Below the pieces are notes generated by a model, which saw nothing but the letters and a program-made list of their open reading frames with translations, ran no database searches and was not told the origin of the DNA. Shown here in pieces: positions 1-13,510 of a stretch of DNA of 64,000 nucleotides; the stretch's first letter is position 1; each line of letters opens with the position of its first letter. The translations under genes were made by a program, and so were the position numbers. The DNA comes from Nymphaea colorata (Eukaryota), in the NCBI RefSeq assembly GCF_008831285.2, contig NC_045138.2, positions 6,634,001 to 6,698,000 on the forward strand, in the 5' to 3' direction.

Positions 1-2386
1 TTGGACTGGGTCTATATCTGAATTTGGATATTGGGGTTGGGCTTTGGTGGAAAGTTCGGAATTAAATCCAAGTGAGCCCCAAATAGAGTTGACCATCAAA
101 TTGAACGAGAAGTTTATGAATATTATGGGAAATTGAAGTGTTTGAGACCAAAAATCTTTGATGTTGGTTGTAAATTCAGCATAAAATGCTTGAAAAAAAA
201 AACAGTCTGAATAGTTTTTTTAAAAAGTTGTGCTGATTACATGTTTGATATATAAATCCAGGCTTATAAATCCAGGCTTGCCTTGTAGAGTGTGTTAGAC
301 AAGCAGGGAATCTAATTCCTCTCTTGTGAATACTTCACTTAGTAAAAAGTTGATATTGCAAAGCACTTTTGGATGGGAGGAAACTGAGGACGTACCTGAA
401 ACCCCAAGAAATTGATGGAAGAAAGCTTGGTTATTTTTAGGATGAAATCTCCTCCGCTTCCTCTCTCGCTGCCGGGTTCAGGATTGGATTGCAAAAGGAC
501 TCAGGTGGGGAGTGGTATGCCAGTCAACTTCAGTACCAAACATTCACTATTTGCAATTTAGAAGTATAACTGACTACTAGACTTTTATGAAAATGAAACT
601 GACTACTTGACTTTTACATCAGGCCGGCAGTGCGACCAGCAAATGGAGATTGGGAATACAATTGAGGATAAAAGCTGCTCTCGTTTTAGACATGGCTCTC
701 ATATCTTCTTATGCAGATGTGGAATCGATTAAATCATGGACCAATTTCAAGTATTGCTAATTGACAAGTTGGAGCAGGTTACCCCATGTGATGTCTGCCA
801 TGCAGCCTTAAAATTAACCTTCAACCTAAGAGTCCTGTGGCTACAACAATTAGATTTTTCAGGGATTCATCTCTCTTTAATTTCTTTCTTAAAATCTTAC
901 TTTCTTTGGTTAATCTTTATCTCCTTTTGTCTTTATGATTTCTCTCTCTCTTCAATTTGCCTCTTCAAATCTCCCTTTCTCATAGAATCAAGCCCAAGGG
1001 AAGATTTGGAAGTGTGATGCTCTGCCACGTGCAAAGAGGTTATGTTTTCTAGCAGTTGTTGGGAAGTAGTTAACTTTAGACATGCTGAAATATTTTGGAA
1101 TTATTATGCAAATAGAGGTATGATTAATACTGAGGATGAAGAAAATATTGACTATCTATTTGTAAAATGTAAGGTGGTCGTAAGCACTTGGAGATGACTA
1201 ACTAATAGATTTAATGTGGCTTGGAAACAAAAGAGTTCAGTCAAAGAGCTCTGGATAGGGTGGTGGAAGAAGCCCTTTAAGAATACATGGGGAAGGAGAT
1301 GTTGGGAACTAGCATTCCTTACAGCCATCCAGAATATTTGGACATTTTTCTTCATAATCTGCAGATCTGTGTCAGAAATGATCTAAATGATTGCATCGGG
1401 GAGGATATTATGCAATTGTCTTGCAACTCTAAATTTGTGTTGAAGGTGTAGTGACCACTTATTTATATCTGTTGTGCCCCATTAAAAATGAGAATTTCTA
1501 TAACAGTGCCCTACAGCTAAAAATTTCCGGCTCCGCCACTGGTTTAGCATATATATTTCATATTAAGAGGTTGAAGAATTCTTTAGGGCGTGTTTGATAG
1601 TCTCAGATCTGATCGTAAGGATCAAATGGTATCAACTCACACAGAGAGGGTGGGGGGAGCATCTTGATTATATCAAATGACATTTTAAAAAAAACTGGGT
1701 TTTTTAAATTCCTAGCAGTCTTGCATCAAAATCTTCATGCAATAGCTTCTTTATCTATTAGGTTTGTTAAGGGCAAGTTACAATTTGAAGGGCATAGGCT
1801 TCCAAAATTAGTCCGAAACAAATCTCCCCTCTTTCCGTTGATTATATATCTATTGAGAAGATTGTAAACTAACAAATTTCCTCTTTAATACAACTCAGTC
1901 AAAAATTCATCAGCAAGTACCTTTTTCTCATGTGTTCCTGTAGAGTATATAGGCTCACCACAGTCCAAATTAAGTGGTGGGCAGGTTAAACTTCCAATGC
2001 CCACTGATAGGTTTTTTCCTTCTTAAAAACTTAGCAGATATAAATTAAAGAAAAGGGGAGACCTGCCATAGGTTTAACTTCTGAAGGGGTCTATAGACAC
2101 AAATAATTGTTTACTTGGTTCAACCATCATTAACCAAGTGCTTATATATATATACATATATATATATATATAGAAAGAGAGAGAGAGAGAGGATAATTAA
2201 ATGGTGACACTAACTTTTTAGGTTCACCCAGTCATCTAACTAAGGCCAAGTGATTCAATATGATAACGATTAAGAGAAAAAAAATGATGGACATTTTTGT
2301 TATCTACTATAAGTTTATATCTTTTTCTCTATGTTTTCTCCCAACTATCTATTTGTTGGTGAGTAAGGGTCATCATTAACTCACTT

Positions 2387-2387
2387 A

Positions 2388-2474
<87 letters not shown>

Positions 2475-2488
2475 CACACACACACACA
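2387..2488. repeat. Compound microsatellite (CT)n(AT)n(AC)n; similar (CT)n(AT)n at 20052-20131; (TAATTG)n at ~11297-11334
   Basis: Directly visible. Confidence 0.95.
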
Positions 2489-4809
2489 AATAATACTGCA
2501 CAAATTAACATTATCTCTTGCGAAATTTTATGGAGCCGGAAAAATCCACCACCTAGATTGATTGCCATTCATTTCCCATCCACCATTTTTGTTCGGTTGG
2601 ACCACTGCCCAGCAAAAGCAACATCTGAAACCATACATGTAACAACCTGACCCACTCCTGCGCTCAGGCCCCTGGTTCAGCAGATCCCAACCCGCCCCCT
2701 ACCAATTTGGGCTCCAACCTCAAAAAGACTAGGAACCATGACAACCATCTATTCAACAACCCACTGTTTGCATCCCCAAAATTTTTGGTATTTGGTTTTA
2801 GAGTGCTCGAAAAAAATGAGGTTTTGTTTTGAAATGGAAAAGAAAGGGACTCGCCTGTCAGTACGAGAATCGACCGTTCCCGGTGCCTTTACCGGGGTAA
2901 TCAACCAAAGGGCTATGTTTATCATTGATGTATTTCGTTTTAACTTAAACATCTTTTTTATTTTATATGCAGTGTAGAAAAATATTGAAAATTTAATGTT
3001 TCAAGCTTTTGAAAAGATTATTGAAGAATCACTTGAGAATGTGAGACACTTTGGGAGAAACTAGAATTGAGAAATCTTTATAAATATCATTTGAAAATCG
3101 CTTTAGTGTTCTATTAAAACTTTAAGTAGGTTTAAGGTTTTGCTCTAATTCGGTTACCACCTAGTTAGAGCTTCATCTCATATTGCTTAAGTTCTTTTGG
3201 AGAAGTGCTTGTGATCATAAGTGAAATTAAGTGGGTGAGAATGCATGAATGCATTGATCCTATATGATTGGAAAAACAAATCATTCATTCCTACCATAAC
3301 ATTCATCCAAGAGCATTCCTACCATAACATACATCTAAGATTTTTGTTTTGATAAATATCATATATAAGAAAGAAAAGTTTTTGAAAATTGATTGGGGTT
3401 GTAGGCCATCAAACATGAATCCGATATTAAGTCATTACTTGATTTTTGGTCTTAGTAAAGTCGGTAGATATAAAATATCATGAGAGGAAAATGTTAAAAA
3501 GGATGGAAGAGGTGAAATATTCTTATAAAAATAACGAGAAAAAGAGAAAGAGACTTCAAAGATCACTAGATAGAAGATTTTGAAATAGGAGGAGATATAT
3601 ATTTTCTATATGTATGTATACATATTTGTATAAGCTTTTGAAGATGAAGTCTTAAACTTAAATAGAGAGAGAAAGAACAAGAGGTATATATATATACTAC
3701 AGAGAGAAAATAGAACACATGTATATATGCATTCATATGTATATGAAAATTTGTAAAATAAAATGTGAAAACATAGAGAGAGAGAGAGGAAAATCATCAT
3801 GTACAAATATAGGCATATAACATGTATATACATACATATCTTTATGAGATTAAAAAATCAAGAAATGAAAAATAACCAACCTCAAGTTTGATATAGAACG
3901 GAGGGGAGCTTGGACTCATGCAAGAGCCTAAGCTAAGTCTCCATAGTCAGATTACAGAGAGTATTTGCTTTTGAAAATCTTTTGTAAAATATGATTTAAA
4001 TATAAACATAAAATGTTATTATTTGGTTTGTTACAAGGGAATATACTACTTCCACCGTTAGGTATAAAATAAGATTAAACCATACGATAAGATGCTCATT
4101 AGGGTTTCTAATGGGATGGTCAAAAGGAAAATAACACAAAATGACATGCAAATGCATATTAACATGTATATATTTGTGAAGATTTTTTTCGGGTTGGACA
4201 AGTCTCAACCTCAAAAATTAGCATAAGAATAAAGAGTCCCAAACCACACTCTCATTCTCACCGTGCATTCACGTATAGATAGGAAAAATCAAATAACTCT
4301 GCATGGATAATATCTTGAAACAAAACAATATTCAAGGAAAGAGAGAGAGAACATGATTCAATCATAAAATAAAATATCATCTCATATTCTCATGCTCGCG
4401 GTGCATTTGAGATAGCCTCTTGACTCTAAAATAGAGATTGAAAGCTATCTCATATTGCCATGGAGAGATAAAGATGAGAGAAAATGAAGGAAAGAAAGGA
4501 GAGGGATGATGATTACATACCTCTAATGAGAATAATTTTGGGGAAAAATGATCACCCTTTGCTTGGAATGATCTTAGACTTACATTGAATGAAGCTCCAA
4601 GATGATGAAAAGGTGGTCTCCAAGAGATCTTTATGTTCCTTTGAAGAGTTGTAGCTTGATGAAGCTTGCTCCAAGTTGGAAACAAAAGTGAAAAATGAGA
4701 AGGAAAGAAGAAAAAAATGAAAAGAGAAGCAAATATTCAAATGATGAAGCATTAGAAATCTCCCTACAGTTAGCCCATGCTCAAGAGGGGGATTGTGGGA
4801 TATTTATGG

Positions 4810-5085
4810 AGATTTTAGAGCCAAAATTTGAAATTTGAATGCAAGATTCGAATTCAAGAGGGAAGAGTTTTGGAGCCAAAATTCAAAATTTGAATTCGAG
4901 ATTTGAATTCAAGAGGGGAGAGTTTTAGAGCCAAAATTCAAAATTTGAATTTAAGGTTTGAATTCAAGTGGAAAGAGTTTTAGAGCCAAAATTCAAAATT
5001 TGAATTCAAGAGGAAAGAGTTTTAGAGCTAAAATTCAAAATTCGAATTTAAGATTTGAATTCAAGAGGGAAGAGCTTTGGAATTC
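4810..5085. repeat. ~39-52 bp tandem repeat inside the Gypsy LTR (AGAGTTTTGGAGCCAAAATTCAAAATTTGAATTCAAG)
   Basis: About 5 copies visible; the same repeat occurs at ~58600-58750. Confidence 0.85.
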
Positions 5086-5384
5086 TTGATTTGGATATAA
5101 GGTTGGATTTTGGATCTAATTCGGATTTGATAATTGGATTTTTAGTTTGAAATGCTAGATTTAGATCTAAACTTAGGTTTAGAAATTCATTTTGGATCGA
5201 ACAGTTGCAAATTTGTTTTAAAACCAAATAATAAATAATGGCATTTTTAAAAAAAAATTGGAGTGATAACAAATGCCCCTCTTTGCTACGAAGCTGGCAT
5301 TTGTTGTGCTTAGTGGCAAAGGTAAGCACCCCAAATTTTGAGTGACTAATATTTTGGCTAAAAAGATTAAAAATGTTGGAACTG

Positions 5385-5790
5385 CATTTCAGGTTTTAAC
5401 CCCTTACTTGAATGAGTTGTTTTAGCTAACGTTGCAGGTTTAACTTCTTGTCTGCATGGGTTTGCCAATATTGAATTCGGGTTTAACCCCACTGAATGGG
5501 TTGCCTCGACTTGCACCACAAGTTTAACCACTTACCTGTGTGTGTTGCGTTGGCTTGCAGGTTCAACCCCTTACCTGTGTGGGCTGCTGGCTTGCTGTGC
5601 AAGTTTAACATAGTTACCTGCGTGAGTTGCTTTGACTTGCAGTGCAGGTTTAACCCATTTACCTGTGCGGGTTGCTTTGGCTTGCATTGCAAGTTTAACT
5701 CATTGCCTGCGTGGGTTGCTCTTGCTTGCAAGTTCAACCCCTTACTTGTGTGGGCTGCACTGGCTTGCAGTGCAGGTTTAACCCCTACAT
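5385..5790. repeat. ~38-43 bp tandem repeat in the Gypsy 3' UTR (GCAGGTTTAACCCCTTACCTGCGTGGGTTGCTTTGGCTTGCATT)
   Basis: About 9-10 degenerate copies; homologous array at ~59100-59380. Confidence 0.85.
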
Positions 5791-7769
5791 TAATTGCCAT
5801 TCACTTCCCATCCACCATTGTTGTTCCCTTGGACCACCACCCAGAAACCTCCTTGTTCTACCACAAGCAACATCTGAAACCATACAATATGGCCCGTCCG
5901 AGCACATGGTACATTTGTCTACTTGTTTAAACTTCTAAAAATGACGATCGGGTCAGAAATTCCAAGGGGCACTAATATAAGAAATCTTACTGATTATAGT
6001 TAACAAACAAGTAAAAAACTAAATTATGTGAAGGAACTAACATGTAAATAATATAAATTATGTGAAACTGTGTAGGCAATTGCCCACGCAAACCCCATCC
6101 GTAGTTCTCCACAACTACCCACAGTCTTACTGATGCTATTATGTATATATTAATAAGTTATAATCAACTTTTCTCAAATAGTTAGATATGAAGCATCTTA
6201 AAATTATGGAGCTGTAAATGTTTGGGATTCATGTGAGATGTCCAACTGAAACTAATGATTAACAGGAGCTATGTGCACTTGGTTTTGAAATCCTGTGGTA
6301 TCACCATGTTAGCTCTCTATGTTGCAAAAAAATGGGGACATTGCTATGCAAGTTGAAGTATAGTAGGAGCAGCATCCTGAGACACTTTAAAGCAAACATA
6401 GACTCTGAGACACAAATGATTTCATATTCTGGTGGATGGAGGAGTTTGGCTTCTGTAATCTGTTTGTTCATGGTTGAATCTTGTGGTGTTTGAGGTCTTC
6501 GGGCTGCATCTTCATGTTATTGTTATATAATTTCGTTACACTGTTGGAAAATATTGGCCATTCTTTTTGTTTTCCCTTCATGTTGGAAAATTTTGATCCA
6601 CGTTGGGGTCTTTTTCCAAAAAAATAATCCTAGTGAGTTTCTTTTTTCCTCCTGATTTTCTGGTTGGAAGCTTTGTAAAATCTTTTGTTCTATATCTAAC
6701 ACATAGGTGCTCCATCCTATCTTGTCAAAAACTCTTTTGAAGTTTTACTTTGGTAAAAATACTGCAATTTTAGCTTTTTCTTATAGAAGGTGAGCTTCAT
6801 GAGCTACCAGAATCTGCAATTATTGTTCCTCATGTAGCATGCTTGTTAGAGAGAATAATTTGGGGGTAAGCTGTAAGCACTTTACAAACACTTTCATATG
6901 CATCCCCATTTCAAACACTTTGGTATGATTTGCTTGTCTTTTTAAAATAACATATATTTTAGTTTGAAATTTTTTTCATATACTAGTGCCCCATAGCCAA
7001 AAATTTCTGGCTCCGCCGCTACATGGTGGACTGTTAAATGAAAACCTTTGCTACATTTATATGAATATTTAAGAAACAAAAAAAAAAGGCAGTGAATCAC
7101 ATAAAGCTATGGGCGTTTGCAAGATGCAATGACTGACTAGCTAAATTATTGTATATATGGTGAAAAATGTACCATTTCCTAAATATTAGAAATGATCATT
7201 TCAAGATCCAGAACCATAAAAAGCTGAAAATGCAATTCTGGTGTAATAGAAAGTTCGATTACCAAATAAAAACCTCATACCATAAACAGCAGAGCTCCTA
7301 ACACGGTGATAATCACATCATTACATGTCTCTCTATGTTTATTAGATGTCATCTCGTGCATGTTCATGATGTGAGCATCAAAGCCTAGTAACACGTTAAA
7401 CTTTGTGTTCAAGGATTTGGATTTCTGATTGGTACTCAAGGTGCCCGAATATTCTATGTTCACTTCACTTGTTTGCTCCAGCATCATGGAATACCAGTCA
7501 AGTAAATTATATGCACTTACTCTGTTTTTATCTCAAAAGATCTGAGATCCCATGAACATTCTTCTAGGAAGACCTTTCTATATCTAGGTATGACTACTTT
7601 GGCATATATTTATCTTAGGGAAACCATGAAGACATTTGCAATTTTTTTCTCTGTGCGCAAATTTAATTTTGATGATGCATTAAACAGATCGCCAAATGTT
7701 GGTTCTGTTATTGTTAGTTTTGGTTTATCTTTTTGTTTTTCTACTGCTTATTTAGCTGATCGTTGCAGG

Positions 7770-8956
7770 AACTATGCCATTTCATCTTCAAGTAGCATAC
7801 TACTTCTTTGTACAAGGAAACTGGTGGTTTGAGCATGGCCAAAACGAAAGGCTCGTAGCCTTTTCCCAATCCTTGTTGAATGGCGGCCAAGTCGTCACAT
7901 ATAGCTTTGAACTTTCTGACATATACTTCAAGGGCATCGTCACCCTTTTTACATGTTGTAAGCATATGAGTAAGATGAAAACCCATTCTTGGGATTCCTG
8001 AGCAAAAGCATCAATAAGAGTGGATTGGATCTCTTAAGAAGAGTTGAGTTCAACGACCTATCCAAGAATACTTTCAAATAGCATACCAGTAATCCATCCT
8101 TAGACAAGACGATCGGATCGACGCCATGATTCAAACTTAGGACTGGAGATGAGTTTTGTGGATCAGCAGGACCGACAATGTTATTCGGTGGAGCAGAGGA
8201 CGAACCCATCAGAAAACCCGCCAAGTCTTGACTTTCAATAAGAGCCAGAATTTGTGTCTTCCATACTAGAAGGTTGTTGTGCGTCAGTTGCAAGGAGACA
8301 AAGTTTGACACGTTCAAATTCAGTGGATATGGGTAAAATGAATTGGTGGACGATGCTGCTGAGAAAGAAGAAGTCATGATCACGCTCTGATACCATAAAG
8401 AAGAAAAGAGAAAGCAAGAAATGGAGAAAAGAGAGACGAGAAGAAGGAGATGGAGTTACGTGGTTTGGTTCGAGAGAACCTACATCCACGATCAGAAAGT
8501 TGCTCTCTTGCTATTTTTCCTTATTTAGTTTCACGTGTATCATTACATTATAAACAGCAGTTTGTAGTCATCAAGTAACCGTTGGAGGATTTTGTCCAAT
8601 TAAGATACGATCAGTATCTTTCCTTTCATTTTCTCCTCCTACAATTTCAAATTGAAAATAGTGTGAATGTTAAAGAAGCACGATTTTGATGTTCATGAAT
8701 GGTGCGTGTCCGTTGATCATTTGAATTCGAAATGATCTTTCCATTGCTATCATTGCTGAATACGTTTGAATTGAGCATTTCATAGCTGTAGTCGTTTAAA
8801 TTCAAGCGGAACTTTCCATTGTTGTTTGATTTTCCCTGACTGTCATTAACCAGCTTGGATCGATTGGAAGAATTTGAAGTGACCTTGCCATAACTGTCGT
8901 TAGCCAGCTTTGAATCGTTAGCCAGCTTGGAACAATTTCAATGTTCTTCTTTAACA
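7770..8956 (-). mobile_element. Truncated Ty1/Copia element: 5' LTR (~8396-8956), PBS, gag N-terminus
   Basis: LTR begins TGTTAAAG at 8956; PBS TGGTATCAGAGC at 8395-8384; gag-like NFVSLQLTHNNLLVWKTQILALIESQDLAGFL and YVRKFKAICDDLAAI. Confidence 0.85.
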
Positions 8957-11285
8957 GGAGATGTTGGCAACTAGCATTCCCCTATAGCCATCTGGAATAT
9001 TTGGACATTTGGCTTCATAATCTGCATGTGTGTGTTAGAAATGATTGGAATGGTTGCATCCGGGAGGATATTATCCAATTGTCTTGCAACTCTGAATCAA
9101 CGTTGAAGGTGTAGTGACCGGTAATATCAGTTTGGGCTAGGTCTGGAATTAGGCGAGATCATTGATTATCTTTCTGAAGATATGAGTTTGTGGTGCAAAC
9201 TGTTCGTTTACAATAAGGTGTTGAATGCAGAATATCATATTAGAGATGGTTCTAATTTATGCTCAGGTGTATATATGGTTTAGCATATATATTTCATATT
9301 ATGAGGTTGAAGAATTCTTTAGGGTGTTTTTGATAGCTTCGGACCTGATCTTAACGCAAGATTCATTAAGGACGAAATCCACGCATCTTACGTCCAACCC
9401 ACCCACCCCCATCCTTCATCAACAACCACCATGGCTTCAAGTTCTCATCTACCGCCATGGCTTCCAGCTCACTAAGGTTAGGGAGTGAGATTGAGTGTGT
9501 GAGAGAGAGTGGGGAGAGAGTTTCGATGATATCAAATAAGGTATTTAAAAACCTTTGTTTTTAAGATTACAGGATCTGAGATCCTCAGATCTTAAAACAA
9601 CTCTGGACCTAAGATCCAAGGCTATCAAATGCAACCCAAGAGAGATATTGAATGATATGAGGAGTAAGTAATGGAAGGTAGCTTTGTTGGGAGGGTGCTT
9701 TAAGTGGTGTGAAAAAATTGCAAAATGCTTTCGCCCGCAAAATGGAGGCATGTGACGAGATTGCCTAAATGATATGCTGAATATTTCTTTGTTGTTAATT
9801 GTAATCGTGCAATAGAGGTGTTGAATCTCTGCTATTTTAGCCAAAAGTGGTTTTTAGTGAGTTTTTTTTTCTCCTGCTGTTTTGGAAGCCAATGGCTTAT
9901 TCATTATGACATGACATGATACTGTTGATGTTCTTGTTTGAGCTTCTTTTTGGTTTGTAAATATTGTATTCTTTTTTTCTTTTGCATTCAGCGGGACGGG
10001 AGCCCAACTCCCAGCAGTCTTGCACCAAAATCTTCATGCAATAGCTTCTTTATCTATTAGGTTTGTGAAGGGCAAGTTACAACAAGAAGGGCATAGGCTT
10101 CCAAGATCAGTCTGAAACAAATCTCCGTTTTTTCCGTTGATTATATATATCTAAGGAGATTGTAAACACACAAATTTCCTCTTTAATACAACTCAGCAAA
10201 AAAAATTCATCAACAAGAACCTTATTTTCATGTGTTCCTGCAGAGTATATAGGCTTACCATAGTCCAAATTAAGCAGTGGGCAGGTTAAACTTCCGATGC
10301 CCACTGATGGGTTTATTCTTTCTTATAAAATTAGCAATTATGAATTAAAGAGAAGGCGAGACCTGCCATAGGTATTGTAAACTTTTGATGCCTACTGATG
10401 GGTCTATAGACTTCCAATGGCTTTATATGCACAAATAATTGTTTGCTTGGTTCGACCATCATTAGCCAAGTGTTTTTGGTAATGTTATATATATATATAT
10501 ATATGGCCATCCAACCAAGGGGGAGAGAGAGAGAGAGAGGAAAATTAAATGGTGACACTAACTTTTTTGATTCACCAAGCCATCTAACTAAGGCCATCCA
10601 ATTCAACATGATAATGATTAAGAGAAAAAAGTGATGGACATTTTTGGTATCAAGTATCAGTTTCCACTTTTTTCTCCTTGTTTTTCTTCCAACCATCCAT
10701 TTGTTCTTGGGTAGATGGTTGGGTGACTCTAGATAGCGAGTCATCATTCAGTCACTTACTCTCTCTCTCTCTCCCCCTTATATATATATATATATATGAA
10801 CAAATAATACTATAAAGTATAAATTGAAGTGATCTGTGTGACAAATTGACATTATCACTTGTGAAACTTTGTGGAGCCGGAAAGATCCACCACTTATGTT
10901 GATCGCCATTCACTTTGCTAGCATTTGTTTTTTCTTGTTTAAACTTTTCAAACTGACGGCAGGGCCAGAAATTCCAAGGAGCACTAATACAAGAAATCTT
11001 ACTGATTCTAGGGGCATTAACAAGTAACAAACTAAATTATGTGGAGGAACTAACATGCAAATAAAATAAATTATGTGGAACTATGTAGGCTATTACCCGC
11101 ACAAACCCCATACGTAGTTCTCTACCACTGTCCCCTAATAATAATTTCCATACAAAATTCTTCCAAGTTCCACCGTCTTACTGATGCTATTATGTATATA
11201 TTAAGCAACATGATCAGCTTAACTTATAATCAATATTTCTCAAATAGTTAGATATGAAGCATCCTAAATTATGGAGCTGTAAATG
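8957..11285 (+). repeat. Direct segmental duplicate of 1294-2585 plus 5930-6222
   Basis: GGAGATGTTGG(G/C)AACTAGCATTCC at 1294 and 8957; GCAGTCTTGCA(T/C)CAAAATCTTCATGC at ~1715 and ~10015; AGAAATTCCAAGG at ~5956 and ~10967. Confidence 0.88.
9322..9637. mobile_element. Tourist-like (PIF/Harbinger) MITE
   Basis: Imperfect TIRs GGGTGTTTTTGATAGC / GCTATCAAATGCAACCC, preceded by TTA; truncated homolog at ~1586. Confidence 0.6.
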
Positions 11286-11921
11286 GTAACTCTATTTGTA
11301 ATTGTAATTGTAATTGTAATTGCAATTGTAATTGAGAAAACTTATAAGCTAGACATAATTTACGTAAATCAAACTATTATAATATAAATTTCTATAATCA
11401 ATCTTGTCTATTTTTTGTGTTCTCAAAGCAATTGATAATTGCTTCATCTCTGATAGTGTAAAGTGTTATTTTGTCAATGTGGCTAACCAAAAATATCATT
11501 CAGTCATTTATCTCTCCTTTCACCATACAAGTGAGTTTCAACAACATTCATTCTTGAAAATGGCCTTTAAACACTTGATGTTGAACTAATCAACTTAATT
11601 AATAAGAAACCAAAGGAAAGTAGTTGCCCTTCCCTAGCAAATAATTTAATTTTGAGAACTGCACATCTATTTGTACATCCGCAATGAAGCTTGAGGGTGT
11701 TTGATGATGAGACCAAAATTGAGGAATTTTAAGATTACATTTTCATTTTTGATGACATGAGAACCATGTTATCCAACAAAAAGTTTTTTGAATTAGAATT
11801 TTGTAATTGTGATTCTATCCTAAGAGATGGAATTATGATTCCATAATTTAAATTTTTTTTCATGAAAATGAAATTCATTGAAACAGGGCCAAAAAAAATG
11901 GAAGGAAAAAAAGGTGAAAGC

Positions 11922-12430
11922 AAGACTCTCGCTCACATGCCTACCTTACAGTCGCTACAAATGCGTCATTGTGGTAGGCTAGAGCAAGTTGCTGATGATC
12001 ACATGCTAGACTTGGAGTTGTTGAAGGTGACTTCTTGTGGCAGCCTAGAGCAATTACCTCATGACATTCCTGCTCTCAAGTCATTGACCGTGTATTGATC
12101 TGATAGGCTGAAGACTCTTGCTAATACGCGGCCTTGGAGTCGTTGAAGGTGGCTGAATGTGGCAGCCTAGAGCAACTAGCTGAGATGCCTGCACTCAGGC
12201 CATTGACTCTGTACGGATGTAATATACTGAAAACTCTGGCTAATATTCAGGCCTTGGAGTTGTTGGAGGTGACTTATTGTAGCTGATGATAAAAAAAGTT
12301 GAGGTTGTCTGACCTAAACGCTCTGAAGCAGCTCCTTACTCGCCTTCCTTCACTTGAGGAACTGAGAGTACCGGATTTGCCCAGAGATGCAAAGCAACAG
12401 AGACCATCTTGGACGGAAGTTAGCAATATA
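11922..12430 (+). pseudogene. Decayed CNL fragment (LRR-repeat region plus deleted C-terminus)
   Basis: KTLAHMPTLQSLQMRHCGRLEQVADDHM...GSLEQLPHDIPALKSL matches NLR2 units. It has a stop, a frameshift and deletions, then GATGCAAAGCAACAG/AGACCATCTTGGA matching the NLR C-terminus, followed by the same 3' flank as NLR1. Confidence 0.88.
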
Positions 12431-12770
12431 GCAATAACATTAGTGTGTGTGGTACTAGCACTATAAATGATTATAAGTCACCTCCAACAATACCAGCAAT
12501 GTATCAACAATATCTAATATCAATTTTGTTTTGCTTAGATATTCATCTTTTTGCATTTCATCATCTCTTTTTGTGCTCTCCATTATCAATACCAGCACTA
12601 TAAATGACTATATTGGCACTTACTGTTACGTGTTAACCCATCCCCTCTTATATTCTAAACTTAATTTAAAAAGTATTGTTCAAAACATATAGCAACTAGA
12701 TTGGTACTACCCATGGTTTATGATACGGCGACGGCTATTGCGGTTTTACCCATGAATTATGGTTCTTTTA

Positions 12771-13157
12771 GAGGGTGTTTGAATGCCTTGAATGTTGATT
12801 TTATATTGAATTTTTGACAAACAAAATTCTATCCCAAACTGGATTTCAAATGAAAATTCCACATCTAATTTTCCTTTGTATTAATAATATGAAATTTTAA
12901 TTTTAGAATTGAAAATGACCTCTTTGATCAAACAGAAATTAAAATTCCATAATTGATGAACTACGACCTTATTAACATGTATCCTAAGGAAAACTGCAAA
13001 AACCTAGAATCATCATTCCACCTCCTAAGATACAATCACAAGATTCAACTGCAAGCCCAAAATTGTTAAGTCAAAATTCTTTATTTCATAACACTATTCC
13101 CCTATCATAAAAAATAAGAATTACAATTCTACAGTTCCAGCCTCACCAAATACTCAC
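12771..13157. mobile_element. Tourist-like MITE (other copies ~11694-11900, ~25880-26297, ~27467-27775, ~44467-44888, ~49803-50185)
   Basis: GAGGGTGTTTG ... CAAATACTCAC termini with TTA on both sides; AT-rich interior. Confidence 0.6.
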
Positions 13158-13158
13158 T

Positions 13159-13510
13159 TAGGGATGTCAATATATCGGATTTCAATCAGATATCTGATCA
13201 AACTATTTCGAAAAAATCTAGTATGTAAACAAATTGAATATCCAATTAAGAAATCAGATCAGATTTGGCTTTAAGAAATTATATCGAACTAGATTCAGAT
13301 ATACATAAATTCGGATATGGATTCAAATCACATTTCTTTTTAAGGAAATATCCTATATCTAATGGTCTTACATTTTGAAAATCAAACAAATTTGGTTCAA
13401 AGTTCAGAATCGGATTCAAATTTAAATGTAAAAATCAGATTCGGATTGTAAAATTGGATTTTTTGGTTCAGATTTGGATATGACTTTTTTTTTGTATACT
13501 CAAATCCGAA
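13159..13510 (+). mobile_element. hAT-like terminal region (TAGGGATG end with ATCCGA/TCGGAT subterminal repeats) abutting GA-rich tract
   Basis: TAGGGATGTCAA start; many TCGGAT/ATCCGA hexamers; repeated in each copy of the NLR 3' flank. Confidence 0.5.

Larger units (their letters stand above)
2638..5793 (-). mobile_element. Ty3/Gypsy (Ogre/Tat-like) 3' LTR (2638-5271) plus PPT and 3' UTR remnant
   Basis: On the minus strand, PPT AGCAAAGAGGGGCA precedes TGTTATC at 5271 and the LTR ends ...GTTACA at 2638. 4185-5790 is homologous to 57977-59380, which is attached to Ogre/Tat-like pol. Confidence 0.75.

Noticed and set aside
5483..5938. Cys-rich 144-aa ORF and overlapping ORFs; CRISPR-like appearance
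   Set aside because: Translations of a retroelement 3' UTR tandem repeat; no unique spacers and no cas genes; plant DNA.
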